DNA of 60,630 bases, filler included. It is 4 parts of 4 records of this genome, joined end to end, with 100 filler letters (N's around TTAATTAATTAA, not from the genome) between each part and the next. Parts side by side here need not be neighbours in the genome. Positions count along the whole stretch, not along the records: positions 1 to 14,421 come from SRR20825006_1375; positions 14,522 to 23,750 come from SRR20825006_1380; 2 more parts are not named here. The stretch is one strand, 5' to 3'. Below are positions 10,473 to 21,756 of the stretch, piece after piece (the first letter of the stretch is position 1; each line of letters opens with the position of its first letter). Under the pieces are notes generated by a model. The model ran no database searches. It had not been told where the DNA came from and worked only from the letters and a program-made list of their open reading frames with translations. The position numbers and the translations under genes are program-made.

Positions 10473-10495
10473 ACTACGCAAAATAATTGCGTAGT
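10473..10495. promoter_or_regulatory. Perfect inverted repeat, candidate WYL-regulator operator
   Basis: ACTACGCAA-aataa-TTGCGTAGT in the divergent intergenic region between the WYL gene and rtcB. Confidence 0.6.
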
Positions 10496-10581
10496 AGTTG
10501 CTAACCTTTGTCTTGTTCAAATGTTCATATTGAACTTACAGGTAAGCAATTCCGCTGATAATGGGATCGGCGGAGTTTTAA

Positions 10582-12367
<1,786 letters not shown>

Positions 12368-12379
12368 AAAAATGAAGTA

Positions 12380-13126
12380 ATGAAAACAAGAATACTTGAA
12401 AAATTAGCAGAAATAGAACGCGACAAAAACATAGAAATCTTGTTCGCGGTAGAGTCAGGAAGTCGGGCGTGGGGATTTGCTTCTCCCGATTCTGATTATG
12501 ATATCCGATTTGTGTACCGACATCCGAAGGAATATTACCTGAGTTTGTGGGAAGGAAAGGACACGATCCAGTTTATGACCGAAGATGATTTGGATGGATC
12601 GGGATGGGAACTTCGAAAAGGCCTGCGTTTATTGGCGAAATCGAATGCTTCCTTTTTGGGGTGGTTGTTTTCCGATGAAGTTTACTTCTCAAAGGAAAAT
12701 CATCTTGAAACGTTCAGAACTTTAGCAGAGCGAAATTTCAATCCTGTTGCTGGATTCTATCACTACCATTCAATGAACAAAGGGTTTGATGAACTTTTAG
12801 GTTCGGATGAGATGACTTTGAAAGGTTTTTTCTATGCGATCAGAACGGCGATGTGTGCAAAATGGATCGCTGATCGTGAAACAATCCCGCCAGTTCGATT
12901 TAAGGAAATGTATGCGTTGATAGATGAAGAACACGGAAGATTGTTGGATGAATTAATCGTTCTGAAAGGTCAAACTGGAGAGAAGGGAAAGGAAGAAGTC
13001 CACCCAAAATTACTCTCCCTCGCGAAGGAAATAGTAAAGGAGAATCACGCAAAAAAGGATCTGTTGATCAATCGAAAGGCGTGTCTACAGGAGTTTGATG
13101 AATTTTTCTTAACCTTAGTGTCATGA
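12380..13126 (+). CDS. Pol-beta superfamily nucleotidyltransferase (RlaP/YcgL-like)
   Basis: ESGSRAWGFASPDSDYDIRF (GS...DxD motif). Confidence 0.85.
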   Translation: MKTRILEKLAEIERDKNIEILFAVESGSRAWGFASPDSDYDIRFVYRHPKEYYLSLWEGKDTIQFMTEDDLDGSGWELRKGLRLLAKSNASFLGWLFSDEVYFSKENHLETFRTLAERNFNPVAGFYHYHSMNKGFDELLGSDEMTLKGFFYAIRTAMCAKWIADRETIPPVRFKEMYALIDEEHGRLLDELIVLKGQTGEKGKEEVHPKLLSLAKEIVKENHAKKDLLINRKACLQEFDEFFLTLVS

Positions 13127-14196
13127 CGTTAGAAGAACTCAGAACATCTGGACATATTATTTTTGAATGCATTAGCGGTAGTCGAGCGTATGGTTTGGCT
13201 ACCGCTTCTTCGGATACGGACATTCGTGGCGTTTTTGTACTTCCAAAAGAGCAATTCTACTCGTTGGATTACGTGAGTCAAATCAATAACGAAACGAACG
13301 ACATTGTTTTTTATGAGTTGTCGAAGTTTATCGAGCTTTGCGCGAAGAACAACCCGAATATTTTGGAATTACTGAACGTTTCCGAGGAATGTGTGTTGTA
13401 CAAACATCCTGTGTTCGAAATGGTAGAAACTTCAATTTTTCTGTCGAAGAAATGCAAAGAGTCGTTTGCGAATTATGCTTACGCTCAAATCAAGAAAGCC
13501 CGTGGACTAGAAAAGAAAATCGTGAATCCAGTCGAGAAAGAACGCAAGTCTGTATTGGATTTCTGCTTCATATATGAAAACGGGAAATCTGTTTTAGCCA
13601 GTGATTTCCTGAAACAAAAGGATCTCTCACAAAAGAACTGTGGATTGAGTTCAATCCCGCATTTGAAAGGATGCTACAATGTGTTTCATAATGAAGAGAT
13701 TCCTTACAAAGGGATAGTGAAAAATGAAGATTCGAATGATGTTTCGTTGAGCATCATTCCAAAAGAAGAACAAGCACTCGGTTTGCTCTATTTCAATAAA
13801 GATGGTTATTCCACTTATTGCAAAAAGTACCGCGAATATTGGGATTGGGTGGAGAAACGAAACGATGATCGCTACCAAACAACGATGAATCACGGAAAAA
13901 ACTATGATTCTAAAAACATGATGCATACCATTCGTTTGCTCTTAATGGCAAAAGAAATTGCTGAAGAAGGAAAAATAAACGTACTGCGAACGGATCGCGA
14001 ATACCTGCTCGATATAAAACAGGGCAAATTTGAATACGACGCATTGGTACAACGCGCTGATGAATTAAAAAATGAATTAGAAATGCTTTACGAAAGTTCG
14101 ACGTTACCGACACAACCTGATTTGAAGGTGGTGAATGAGTTACTGCTTCGAATGCGTGAAGCGTTTTACAAAGAAAAGTCACTGTTGTCCGATTAA
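13123..14196 (+). CDS. Pol-beta superfamily nucleotidyltransferase (RlaP-like, long form)
   Basis: SGSRAYGLATASSDTDIRG, NNPNILELL, YDSKNMMHTIRLL; ATGA overlap with the upstream gene. Confidence 0.85.
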   Translation: MTLEELRTSGHIIFECISGSRAYGLATASSDTDIRGVFVLPKEQFYSLDYVSQINNETNDIVFYELSKFIELCAKNNPNILELLNVSEECVLYKHPVFEMVETSIFLSKKCKESFANYAYAQIKKARGLEKKIVNPVEKERKSVLDFCFIYENGKSVLASDFLKQKDLSQKNCGLSSIPHLKGCYNVFHNEEIPYKGIVKNEDSNDVSLSIIPKEEQALGLLYFNKDGYSTYCKKYREYWDWVEKRNDDRYQTTMNHGKNYDSKNMMHTIRLLLMAKEIAEEGKINVLRTDREYLLDIKQGKFEYDALVQRADELKNELEMLYESSTLPTQPDLKVVNELLLRMREAFYKEKSLLSD

Positions 14197-14421
14197 TTTC
14201 GGAAAGGAATTGTTGGTTAGCGCGAAGCATAACGGACCATTGCAAAGGAAAAGTAGAAAATAAGATGAATGAAACGTTGCACAATCCCTATTTGAGCACA
14301 GCCTTCTGATTTTTGTCCAGAAAATCAGTTAAAGGCGTTTGCGAGTTGGGGTGCATGCAGTGACATGAGTCGTAATTTTCAAGTTTCCGAATGCAGGTCT
14401 AGACTTTTTTGGCTCCACCTT

Positions 14422-14521
14422 NNNNNNNNNNNNNNNNNNNNNNNNNNNNNNNNNNNNNNNNNNNNTTAATTAATTAANNNNNNNNNNNNNNNNNNNNNNN
14501 NNNNNNNNNNNNNNNNNNNNN
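14422..14521. other. Artificial contig spacer
   Basis: 100 nt of N containing TTAATTAATTAA (stops in all frames); abrupt GC shift across it. Confidence 0.98.
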
Positions 14522-15311
14522 TCCACACGACGTTCATGACGCCGACCGCAAACATCACCACCATCAGCGCCCAGCAGCAGCCCAGGCAGAACAGCCCTTC
14601 CTCCAGGCCGAGCCGGTACATGCCGTGGGCCGAGGTCCGCCAGCGGGTGAACAGGATCGAGAACGGCGCCCGGCATCGCACAAGGCACGCATATTTGGCC
14701 GAGGTGAACTGGTAGGCCCCGGCCGCGATCAGCGTGGTACCGGCCAGCGCCGGCGCCAGCGGCGTCATTGCCGGCGACAGCGTGCCGAGCCAGACCAGCA
14801 GCAGCTGCGCCGCTGTCGCGGCGACCGCAAACGCGATCCACACGCTCACGTAGCCAGACGCGAGAACCAGCACCGACGGCACCCGCATCTGCTTGCGCCT
14901 GGCCTCCGCGGCGATGTCGGAATAGGTGGTGAACATCGGCACGGCGGACGGCAGCATCATCGCGAACACCATCGCCACCCACATGGCCAGCGTCACCGCG
15001 ACTGTTGCGGCATCGAGGCCGGTCGCCAGCGTGGTCGGCGCGCAGAGCGCCAGCAGGAATGCCGGGATCGACGGGCCCGCGCCGAGCGCCGTCAGGTTCA
15101 TGCCCGGTCCAAGTGTCGCGCGCGCCGCATCCGGCACCGCGAGCACGACCGCCCCCAGATAGGCCCAGCCCAAGAGGACTGCCACCGCCGTGGCGGCGTA
15201 GACCAGCATTCGGCTGCGGACGAGCGGGCTGCCGGCGGGCGCGGGAGGTGCGCCCGGCGGCGGACCGTTGCCGGACGGTGCAGGGTGATGAAGCGGCTGC
15301 CGGGTCGGCAT
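14522..15311 (-). CDS. DUF2182 metal-binding integral membrane protein, 3'-truncated
   Basis: MWVAMVFAMMLPS, YQFTSAKYACLVRCRAP, CLGCCWALMVVMFAVGVMN; start codon uncertain. Confidence 0.85.
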
Positions 15312-15467
15312 GGGCGGCGCAGGGTCCGGGACGTGTCGGAACGGCCACGAAAGCAGCGAACGGTCCGGCAAACAAGGGCTTCGGCCCTTGGCACTCGCGC
15401 CAAGGCCGCCACATGGATATTAGCATCGCAGCAAAGCGTACGGCGAGACACGATCCGGAGACGGGCC

Positions 15468-16679
15468 ATGGACCAGAACCAGAGCAGCGAACGCCACGAG
15501 ATCGCCGTCGTCGGAGCGGGACCGGCGGGGCTCACCGCCGCGCTTCTCCTGAAGGCGCAGGGGTTCGACGTGGTGCTGATCGGGCCCCGTCACGCGGCCG
15601 ACCCGCGAACGACGGCATTGCTGACCGGATCGGTGAACGTGCTCGACGCCGCCGGCGCGTGGGAAGCTGCAAGGCCCAATGCGGCCCCGATGCGGACGAT
15701 GCGCATCATCGACGCGACGAACCGCCTCGTCCGCGCGCCAGAGGTGGCGTTCGAGGCGGGCGAGATCGGGCTGGAGGCGTTCGGCTTCAACATCGCCAAC
15801 GAGGCGCTCAATGCCGCGCTCGCCGATTCGGCCGCGACTGCGGGGCTTGCATGGATCGAGGCGCCCGTCACCGACGTCGTCCATGCGGGAGAGACCATCA
15901 CGCTGACCGCCGGCGACCGCACGCTGGCCGCCAGATTGGCGGTGGCGGCCGACGGCGCCCGTTCCTTCCTGCGCGAAGCCGCCGGCATCGCCGTGCGCAC
16001 CTGGGACTATCCCCAGCACGCCTTCGTGACCACCTTCGGCCACAGCGGCTCCCACCACGACACCTCGACCGAGTTTCACACCCCGTCCGGGCCCTTCACG
16101 GTCGTGCCACTGGAGTCCCGTCGCTCGAGCCTCGTCTGGGTGGAACGCGCCGAGGAAGTCGCCCGCATCGAAACCCTGTCCGACCGGGAGCTGTCGCGGG
16201 AAATCGAGCAACGCAGCCACCGGATCCTCGGTGCCGTCACCGTCGAGCGCCCGCGCGGCTCCATCCCGCTCGGCGGCATGGTCGCCCGCAAACTCGCCGA
16301 CAAGCGCACGGTTCTGGTCGCCGAGGCCGGCCACCGCTTCCCGCCGATCGGCGCGCAGGGGCTCAACCTCGGTTTTCGCGACATCGCCGGGCTGGTCGAA
16401 ATGCTGATTGCCGCGCGCCGCAACGCGGCCGATCTTGGCGGCGCCGGCACGCTGGCGGCCTACGAGAAGAGCCGGAAGACCGATATCGAGAGTCGCACCC
16501 TCGCCGTCGATCTCCTGAACCGATCGCTCCTGAGTGGCTTCCTGCCCGCCTCCGCCGCCCGCGGGCTCGGGCTCTACGCCGCCAGGCGGTTCGGCCCCCT
16601 GCGGCGGTTCATGATGCGCGAGGGGCTGACCCCCAGCATTGGTGCGCCCCGGCTGAGCCGCGGCCTGCCGCTGGGGTGA
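15468..16679 (+). CDS. UbiH/UbiF/UbiL family FAD-dependent hydroxylase
   Basis: AVVGAGPAG, AADGARS, EAGHRFPPIGAQGLNLG; ATG at 15468 after GGAG. Confidence 0.9.
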   Translation: MDQNQSSERHEIAVVGAGPAGLTAALLLKAQGFDVVLIGPRHAADPRTTALLTGSVNVLDAAGAWEAARPNAAPMRTMRIIDATNRLVRAPEVAFEAGEIGLEAFGFNIANEALNAALADSAATAGLAWIEAPVTDVVHAGETITLTAGDRTLAARLAVAADGARSFLREAAGIAVRTWDYPQHAFVTTFGHSGSHHDTSTEFHTPSGPFTVVPLESRRSSLVWVERAEEVARIETLSDRELSREIEQRSHRILGAVTVERPRGSIPLGGMVARKLADKRTVLVAEAGHRFPPIGAQGLNLGFRDIAGLVEMLIAARRNAADLGGAGTLAAYEKSRKTDIESRTLAVDLLNRSLLSGFLPASAARGLGLYAARRFGPLRRFMMREGLTPSIGAPRLSRGLPLG

Positions 16680-16688
16680 CGGCTGAAG

Positions 16689-17648
16689 CTAGAAGAGCGC
16701 CTTCGGGAGCAGGTCGTGGGTGACGAGGTAGAGCAGCGCGGTGACCGTGACCACCGAGGCGATCGTGCCGATCAGCACCGCGCTGGATGCCCGTTCCACG
16801 TAGACCTGGTACTGGCTCGCCAGCACGAAGCAGTTGGTCGCCGGCGGCAGCCCGGCCATCAGGACCGCCGTCGCGATCCACAGCGGATCGATGCCGCCCA
16901 CCCAGGTCAGCGTCACGAATATCAGGATCGGGTGCAGCACCAGCTTGATGGCCAGCAGGATCGGCAGTTCGCCCGGAGCCCGACGGATCGACCGGCTCGA
17001 GACCGTCACGCCGATCGCGAACAACGCGCAGGGTGCGGCTGCGGCGCGCAGCATGGTCAGCAGCCGGTCGACCGCCTCCGGCGGCTGGAAGTCGATCGCG
17101 GCCGCCGCTATGCCCGCGATCGTGGCCAGGATGAAGGGGTGCGTGAGGATCCGCTTGACGATGGTCAGCCCGGTGCGCAGCGCGCCCGCCTGTTCGCGGC
17201 TGCCGATCGACATCAGGATCGGCACGATGACAAACAGGAAGGCGCTGTCGAAGCAGAAGATCAGCGCGGTGGGGACGGTCGCGGCCGGGCCTAGGGCGGC
17301 CAGCGTAAGCCCCGGACCCAGATAGCCGATATTCGAGTAGGAGCCGACCAGCCCCTGAATGGCGGACACCCGCACGTCGCCGCGGGTCTTCAGGTAGCCG
17401 ACCAGGAATGCGACCGCGAACATCACCGCCGTTACGACGGTGGTGGAGATGATGAAACTCCAGCTCCCCAGCTGTTCGATGGGCGTTTCGGCGAGAAGCT
17501 GGAAGAACAGTGCCGGCAGCGCCAGATAGATCACGAAGAAATTGAGCCAGGCGAGCCCGTCCCTGGACAGGTCCATGAACTTGCCCGCGCCGTAGCCGAG
17601 AAAGATCAGGCCGAAGAACGGGAAGGCCAGCGAAATGACGTTGTTCAT
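16689..17648 (-). CDS. AEC (auxin efflux carrier) family transporter
   Basis: NFFVIYLALPALFF, SNIGYLGP, KLVLHP, AGLPPATN; polytopic hydrophobic profile. Confidence 0.88.
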   Translation of the reverse strand: MNNVISLAFPFFGLIFLGYGAGKFMDLSRDGLAWLNFFVIYLALPALFFQLLAETPIEQLGSWSFIISTTVVTAVMFAVAFLVGYLKTRGDVRVSAIQGLVGSYSNIGYLGPGLTLAALGPAATVPTALIFCFDSAFLFVIVPILMSIGSREQAGALRTGLTIVKRILTHPFILATIAGIAAAAIDFQPPEAVDRLLTMLRAAAAPCALFAIGVTVSSRSIRRAPGELPILLAIKLVLHPILIFVTLTWVGGIDPLWIATAVLMAGLPPATNCFVLASQYQVYVERASSAVLIGTIASVVTVTALLYLVTHDLLPKALF

Positions 17649-17972
17649 GGCGACCGGACTGGCGGGAGAAGCGTTTCGGACGGCGGCTCGGCGACCTGCT
17701 CGGGGCACAAGGCGGGTTCGGCGGGGATCGGACCTGCATCCACGTCTCGCGCCAAATGATTGAAAACGAAAGCGATCGTGGCGATGGTCCGAATCGGCTG
17801 GACGTCATCGTGGTCCGGTCACTCCGCCCGCTCCATCAAAGGTCAAAGCGATGCGTCCGTCAAAGCCCATGGACAGAGGGGGCGAAACCGCCCTACCCGT
17901 CCTCCCTCTCCCGGCCTCCGTGCGCCTTGCCCGCCCCCTGCACGTGACCTCCCGCATGCCCGGACCGATGAT

Positions 17973-18890
17973 GTGACGACGTCTCCGCTCTACTCCGGCC
18001 CGTTCGGCCTGTTGCGCATGCGACTGGAATATCTCGGCCTGCGGGCGGGGATCGCGCCGGTCCGCGCGCTGCCGCTCGAGACGGCCTCGGCGGTCAGCGG
18101 CCGGCTGTGGCGCGGCTTCGCACCGCGCATGCACCGCCATGCCCGCGTCCGGGAACACCTTGCCTCCGCCTTTCCCGAGCTCAGCGAGGAAGCCCGCGAA
18201 CGAATCGCCGTGGCAAGCTGGGAGAATCTCGGCCGGGTCGTGGCCGAGAGCGCCCACGTGGACGAACTGGTGGCCGATCCGTCCCGCTTCGAGCTCCCCG
18301 CCGACATCGATCGCTACCGGCGGCTGGCCCGCACGGGCTGCGTCTTCGTCTCCCTGCATCTCGGCAACTGGGAGGTCGCGGCCCTTCCGGCGCTCGGCAA
18401 GAGCGTCTCCGTTGCCGGCACCTACCAGGCGATCCAGAACCCTCTGGTCGATCGCTACGTCCACGGCCTGCGCTCGCCGATCTACAAGGGCGGACTTTTC
18501 CCCAAGGGCCACGCCACGGCCCGCAAGCTCGTTTCCATCGTGAAATCCGGTGGTTCGGTGGGTTTCCTCGCCGACCTGCGGGAACGGCGGGGCATCAAGG
18601 TCGTGTTTTTCGACCGTCTCGCCTATGCCAATCCCTTTCCCGCCAGCCTTGCCCGGCTCGCTGGTCTTCCCATTGTCGCGGGCTGCATGGTGCGCACCGG
18701 GGGCGTTCGTTTCCGCCTGCACCTCACGACGGTTGAGCAGACACGCACCGAAGATCGCGATCGCGACGTGCAAGCCACCACCCAGACGATCCACGACGTG
18801 TTCGAACACTGGATCCGCGCCTACCCGGACCAGTGGATGTGGTCACACCGCAAATGGGCCCTCCGGCCCGAGGACGACGAACCGGCCTGA
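17973..18890 (+). CDS. Lipid A biosynthesis acyltransferase (HtrB/LpxXL family)
   Basis: SLHLGNWE, FLAD, EHWIRAYPDQWMWSHRKW; start uncertain. Confidence 0.85.
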   Translation: MTTSPLYSGPFGLLRMRLEYLGLRAGIAPVRALPLETASAVSGRLWRGFAPRMHRHARVREHLASAFPELSEEARERIAVASWENLGRVVAESAHVDELVADPSRFELPADIDRYRRLARTGCVFVSLHLGNWEVAALPALGKSVSVAGTYQAIQNPLVDRYVHGLRSPIYKGGLFPKGHATARKLVSIVKSGGSVGFLADLRERRGIKVVFFDRLAYANPFPASLARLAGLPIVAGCMVRTGGVRFRLHLTTVEQTRTEDRDRDVQATTQTIHDVFEHWIRAYPDQWMWSHRKWALRPEDDEPA

Positions 18891-19085
18891 CCGGCCGCGC
18901 GACCGCGCGGGCGCGCCGCGGAAGCCCCATGCCCACCACCACCGGGGCTTGTTTTGCGCCGCAGCATGGGCATGATCTGGCAAGGAGCCGTTGCAGCCAG
19001 CGCCGCCCCCCGGGCCGCCCGGAAACAACGGCGGCACCCGTCCTGTCCGGCTCGCCGAAGGGCATGCGATCGTGAGTTCGAAGCG

Positions 19086-20129
19086 TTGAAGACACCCCGC
19101 GCCTTTTTCGAGCCGCTTGCCGTCGGCGCTCCCGCCCCCTACCGCACGCTCCCGGTGTGCCTGGAGCGCATGATCCATTTCGTGCCCCCGCACATCGAGA
19201 AGGTCCGCGCCAAGGTCCCGGAACTCGCGGGCAAGGTCGACGTGGTGCTCGGCAATCTTGAGGACGCCATTCCGGCCGACCAGAAGCTGGCGGCGCGCCA
19301 GGGGTTCGTCGAGATGGCCCGGGCGACGGATTTCGGCGCCACCGGGCTGTGGACCCGCATCAACAGCTACGACAGCCCCTGGATGCTGGACGACGTGCTG
19401 GAGATCGTGCCGGCGGTCGGCAGCAAGCTCGACGTCATCATGGTGCCGAAGGTCAATGGTCCATGGGACATCCACTATCTCGACCAGCTTCTGGCCCAGC
19501 TAGAAGCCCGGCACGCCATCGACAAGCCGATCCTGCTGCATGCCATCCTGGAAACGGCGGAGGGCGTTGAGAACGTCACCGCGATCGCCCAGGCCAGCCC
19601 CCGCATGCACGGCATGAGCCTCGGGCCCGCCGACCTCGCCGCCTCGCGCCGGATGAAGACCACCCGGGTCGGCGGCGGGCATCCCGGCTACCGCGTGCTC
19701 GCCGATCCGGCCGCCGACGGCGACGCGCGGTCAAGCTATCAGCAGGACCTGTGGCACTACACGATCGGCCGGATGGTCGATGCCTGCGCGACTGCCGGCA
19801 TCAAGCCGTTCTACGGACCCTTCGGCGACTTCCAGGACCCGCAAGCCTGCGAGGCGCAGTTCCAGAACGCGTTCCTGATGGGCTGCGTCGGTGCGTGGTC
19901 GCTGCATCCGAGCCAGATCGACATAGCCAAGCGCGTGTTCAGCCCGGACATTGACGAGGTGGCTTTCGCCCGCCGGATCCTGGCGGCGATGCCCGACGGC
20001 AGCGGCGCCGTGATGCTCGACGGCAAGATGCAGGACGACGCCACCTGGAAGCAGGCAAAGGTGATCGTCGACCTTGCGAAGGCGGTGGCGGAGAAGGATC
20101 CGTCGCTCGCCGCCAGCTACGGACTTTAG
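19086..20129 (+). CDS. CoA ester lyase (malyl-CoA/citramalyl-CoA lyase, CitE/HpcH family)
   Basis: [41 protein letters not shown]; likely TTG start ([11 protein letters not shown]). Confidence 0.85.
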   Translation: MKTPRAFFEPLAVGAPAPYRTLPVCLERMIHFVPPHIEKVRAKVPELAGKVDVVLGNLEDAIPADQKLAARQGFVEMARATDFGATGLWTRINSYDSPWMLDDVLEIVPAVGSKLDVIMVPKVNGPWDIHYLDQLLAQLEARHAIDKPILLHAILETAEGVENVTAIAQASPRMHGMSLGPADLAASRRMKTTRVGGGHPGYRVLADPAADGDARSSYQQDLWHYTIGRMVDACATAGIKPFYGPFGDFQDPQACEAQFQNAFLMGCVGAWSLHPSQIDIAKRVFSPDIDEVAFARRILAAMPDGSGAVMLDGKMQDDATWKQAKVIVDLAKAVAEKDPSLAASYGL

Positions 20130-20202
20130 GTCTTTAACCGGCGATCTATATATTGCAGTGCCTAGGGGGATTCGTTAGGAGGGGCTGCTCGAGGATTTGT
20201 GG

Positions 20203-20538
20203 ATGATTGACAAGGTGCGGACTGCGAAATTCCAGATTGGCCAGATCGTCTGCCACCGCATCTATCCGTTTCGCGGCGTGATCTTCGATGTGGATCCGAC
20301 GTTCGCGAACACGGAGGAGTGGTGGCTTGCCATTCCCGAAGACATTCGCCCGTCCAAGGACCAGCCCTTCTATCACCTGTTCGCCGAGAACGCGGAAACG
20401 GAGTACGTGGCCTACGTCTCCGAACAGAATCTCCTGCCCGACGATTCGGAGGAGCCGATCCGCCATCCGCAGGTGGCCGAGATGTTCGGCGGCCGCGAGG
20501 ATGGCGTCTACCAGACCCGCGAGATGCGCCGGCACTAG
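20203..20538 (+). CDS. hspQ: Heat shock protein HspQ
   Basis: AKFQIGQIV.HR...FRGVIFDVDP, RPSKDQPFYHL, YVAYVSEQNL. Confidence 0.9.
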   Translation: MIDKVRTAKFQIGQIVCHRIYPFRGVIFDVDPTFANTEEWWLAIPEDIRPSKDQPFYHLFAENAETEYVAYVSEQNLLPDDSEEPIRHPQVAEMFGGREDGVYQTREMRRH

Positions 20539-20775
20539 GCACACACCAGCGCGCAGTCGCTGCGCACCGATGCGCGCCCTGGCCTTCATTCCCCTAAGCA
20601 TCTGATTTCACTGACCTATAAGGTCATGTGCCTGCGCACGCGCGGCAGCGCGCACATCTGCGGTTTTTTGCGCGCAGCGCGCAGCGCGCGCACTGCAACA
20701 TCCCGGCATAAGCGCTGGTCAGCTAAGACGAAATCCGTTCCGGACGGCGGCGCACCGCGATCCTGCGCGCCCATG

Positions 20776-20806
20776 AAAAAAGCGCAGCCTTCCGGCCACG
20801 CTTTCT
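20776..20806 (-). terminator. Rho-independent terminator after ialB-family gene
   Basis: Minus strand AGCGTGGCC-GGAA-GGCTGCGCT followed by a T run. Confidence 0.65.
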
Positions 20807-20837
20807 CCGTCGGTCCTGTCTGCCGTGACCGGTAGGA

Positions 20838-21485
20838 TCAGTTGCTGCCTTCGGCCGCCTGACTGGCCTTCTTCTGCTCGTCGATGAGCCGCTGGCGGGC
20901 CTCCTGGGCCTTGCGGTTCAGCTCGTCCTGCAGCTGCTCCTGCTGCTGGCGCAGCGCCTGCGGGTCGAGCGCCTCGCCGTCGTAGGCGGACGTGAAGCCC
21001 TTGAGGGTGACGTCGAAGTTCACCGGCTTCGCCTGCTGGTTCAGCGTGGTCAGCTTCAGCGTGCCGCCGGCCTTGAGCTGGGTCACGAAGGCCGCGTCCA
21101 CCACCATCTCGGCGTAGCAGGCATTCGGGAAGCAGATCGAGTACCGCGCCTGCGCCTGCTTGCCGCCGTCGATCTGCACGCGCAGACCCGGCTGGATCAG
21201 CATGCCGACCGGCACCGCCGACAGCATCACCTTGCGCTCTTCGCCGGCGATCTCGCGGATCGCCACCGAGGCCAGGAACTGGCCGTTGTCGGTGCGAAGC
21301 TCCTGGGTGATCAGGCAGACTTCCTTGTTCGTGTTCGGGTCCGTGTTGCACACCTTGACCCAGGCGTTATCGCTCTGCTCGGTCTGCGCCTGGACCGGGG
21401 AGATGGCGCTCGCGACGGCGATCGCGCCGGCCACCAACAGGCCGGTTCGCGCCGGAGCATTCATCATCATCTTGCGCTCAGCCAT
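20838..21485 (-). CDS. Invasion associated locus B (IalB) family protein
   Basis: Signal peptide, WVKVC...CLITQE, ICFPNACYAE, LKGFTSAYDG. Confidence 0.85.
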   Translation of the reverse strand: MAERKMMMNAPARTGLLVAGAIAVASAISPVQAQTEQSDNAWVKVCNTDPNTNKEVCLITQELRTDNGQFLASVAIREIAGEERKVMLSAVPVGMLIQPGLRVQIDGGKQAQARYSICFPNACYAEMVVDAAFVTQLKAGGTLKLTTLNQQAKPVNFDVTLKGFTSAYDGEALDPQALRQQQEQLQDELNRKAQEARQRLIDEQKKASQAAEGSN

Positions 21486-21756
21486 TTGAACTCCATCCGG
21501 GTTAGTACTGGCCGCCTCTCGGGGATGCCGAGCGCGGGTCCGAAGCCCTGTTTCGCGGTTGTACCGCCGTGACGCGTCCGCGCCAAGGTGTCGATGCCGC
21601 CGAAGTCGGGCCTTCGCCTCACGATCACTCCGGCGCGTGACCTTCTAACCGCCCGCGCCCGGAATTTCTAGGTCGGCAACGGATGCACTAAAGGGCCCGC
21701 TTTGCTAGGTCTTTTGATCGGTTGACCCTGTGCGACCAACGATTCGGGAAGCGGCT

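Noticed and set aside
14395-14421. GGCTCCACC resembling a tRNA/tmRNA 3' end
   Set aside because: No T-arm or cloverleaf upstream and no CCA.
14625-15467. 684-aa ORF as an N-terminally extended Ubi hydroxylase
   Set aside because: The extension is antisense to the DUF2182 gene; the FAD-binding motif begins just after ATG 15468.
20540-20770. GCGCA-rich intergenic stretch between hspQ and the ialB-family gene
   Set aside because: Low-complexity GC sequence without a consistent repeat unit.
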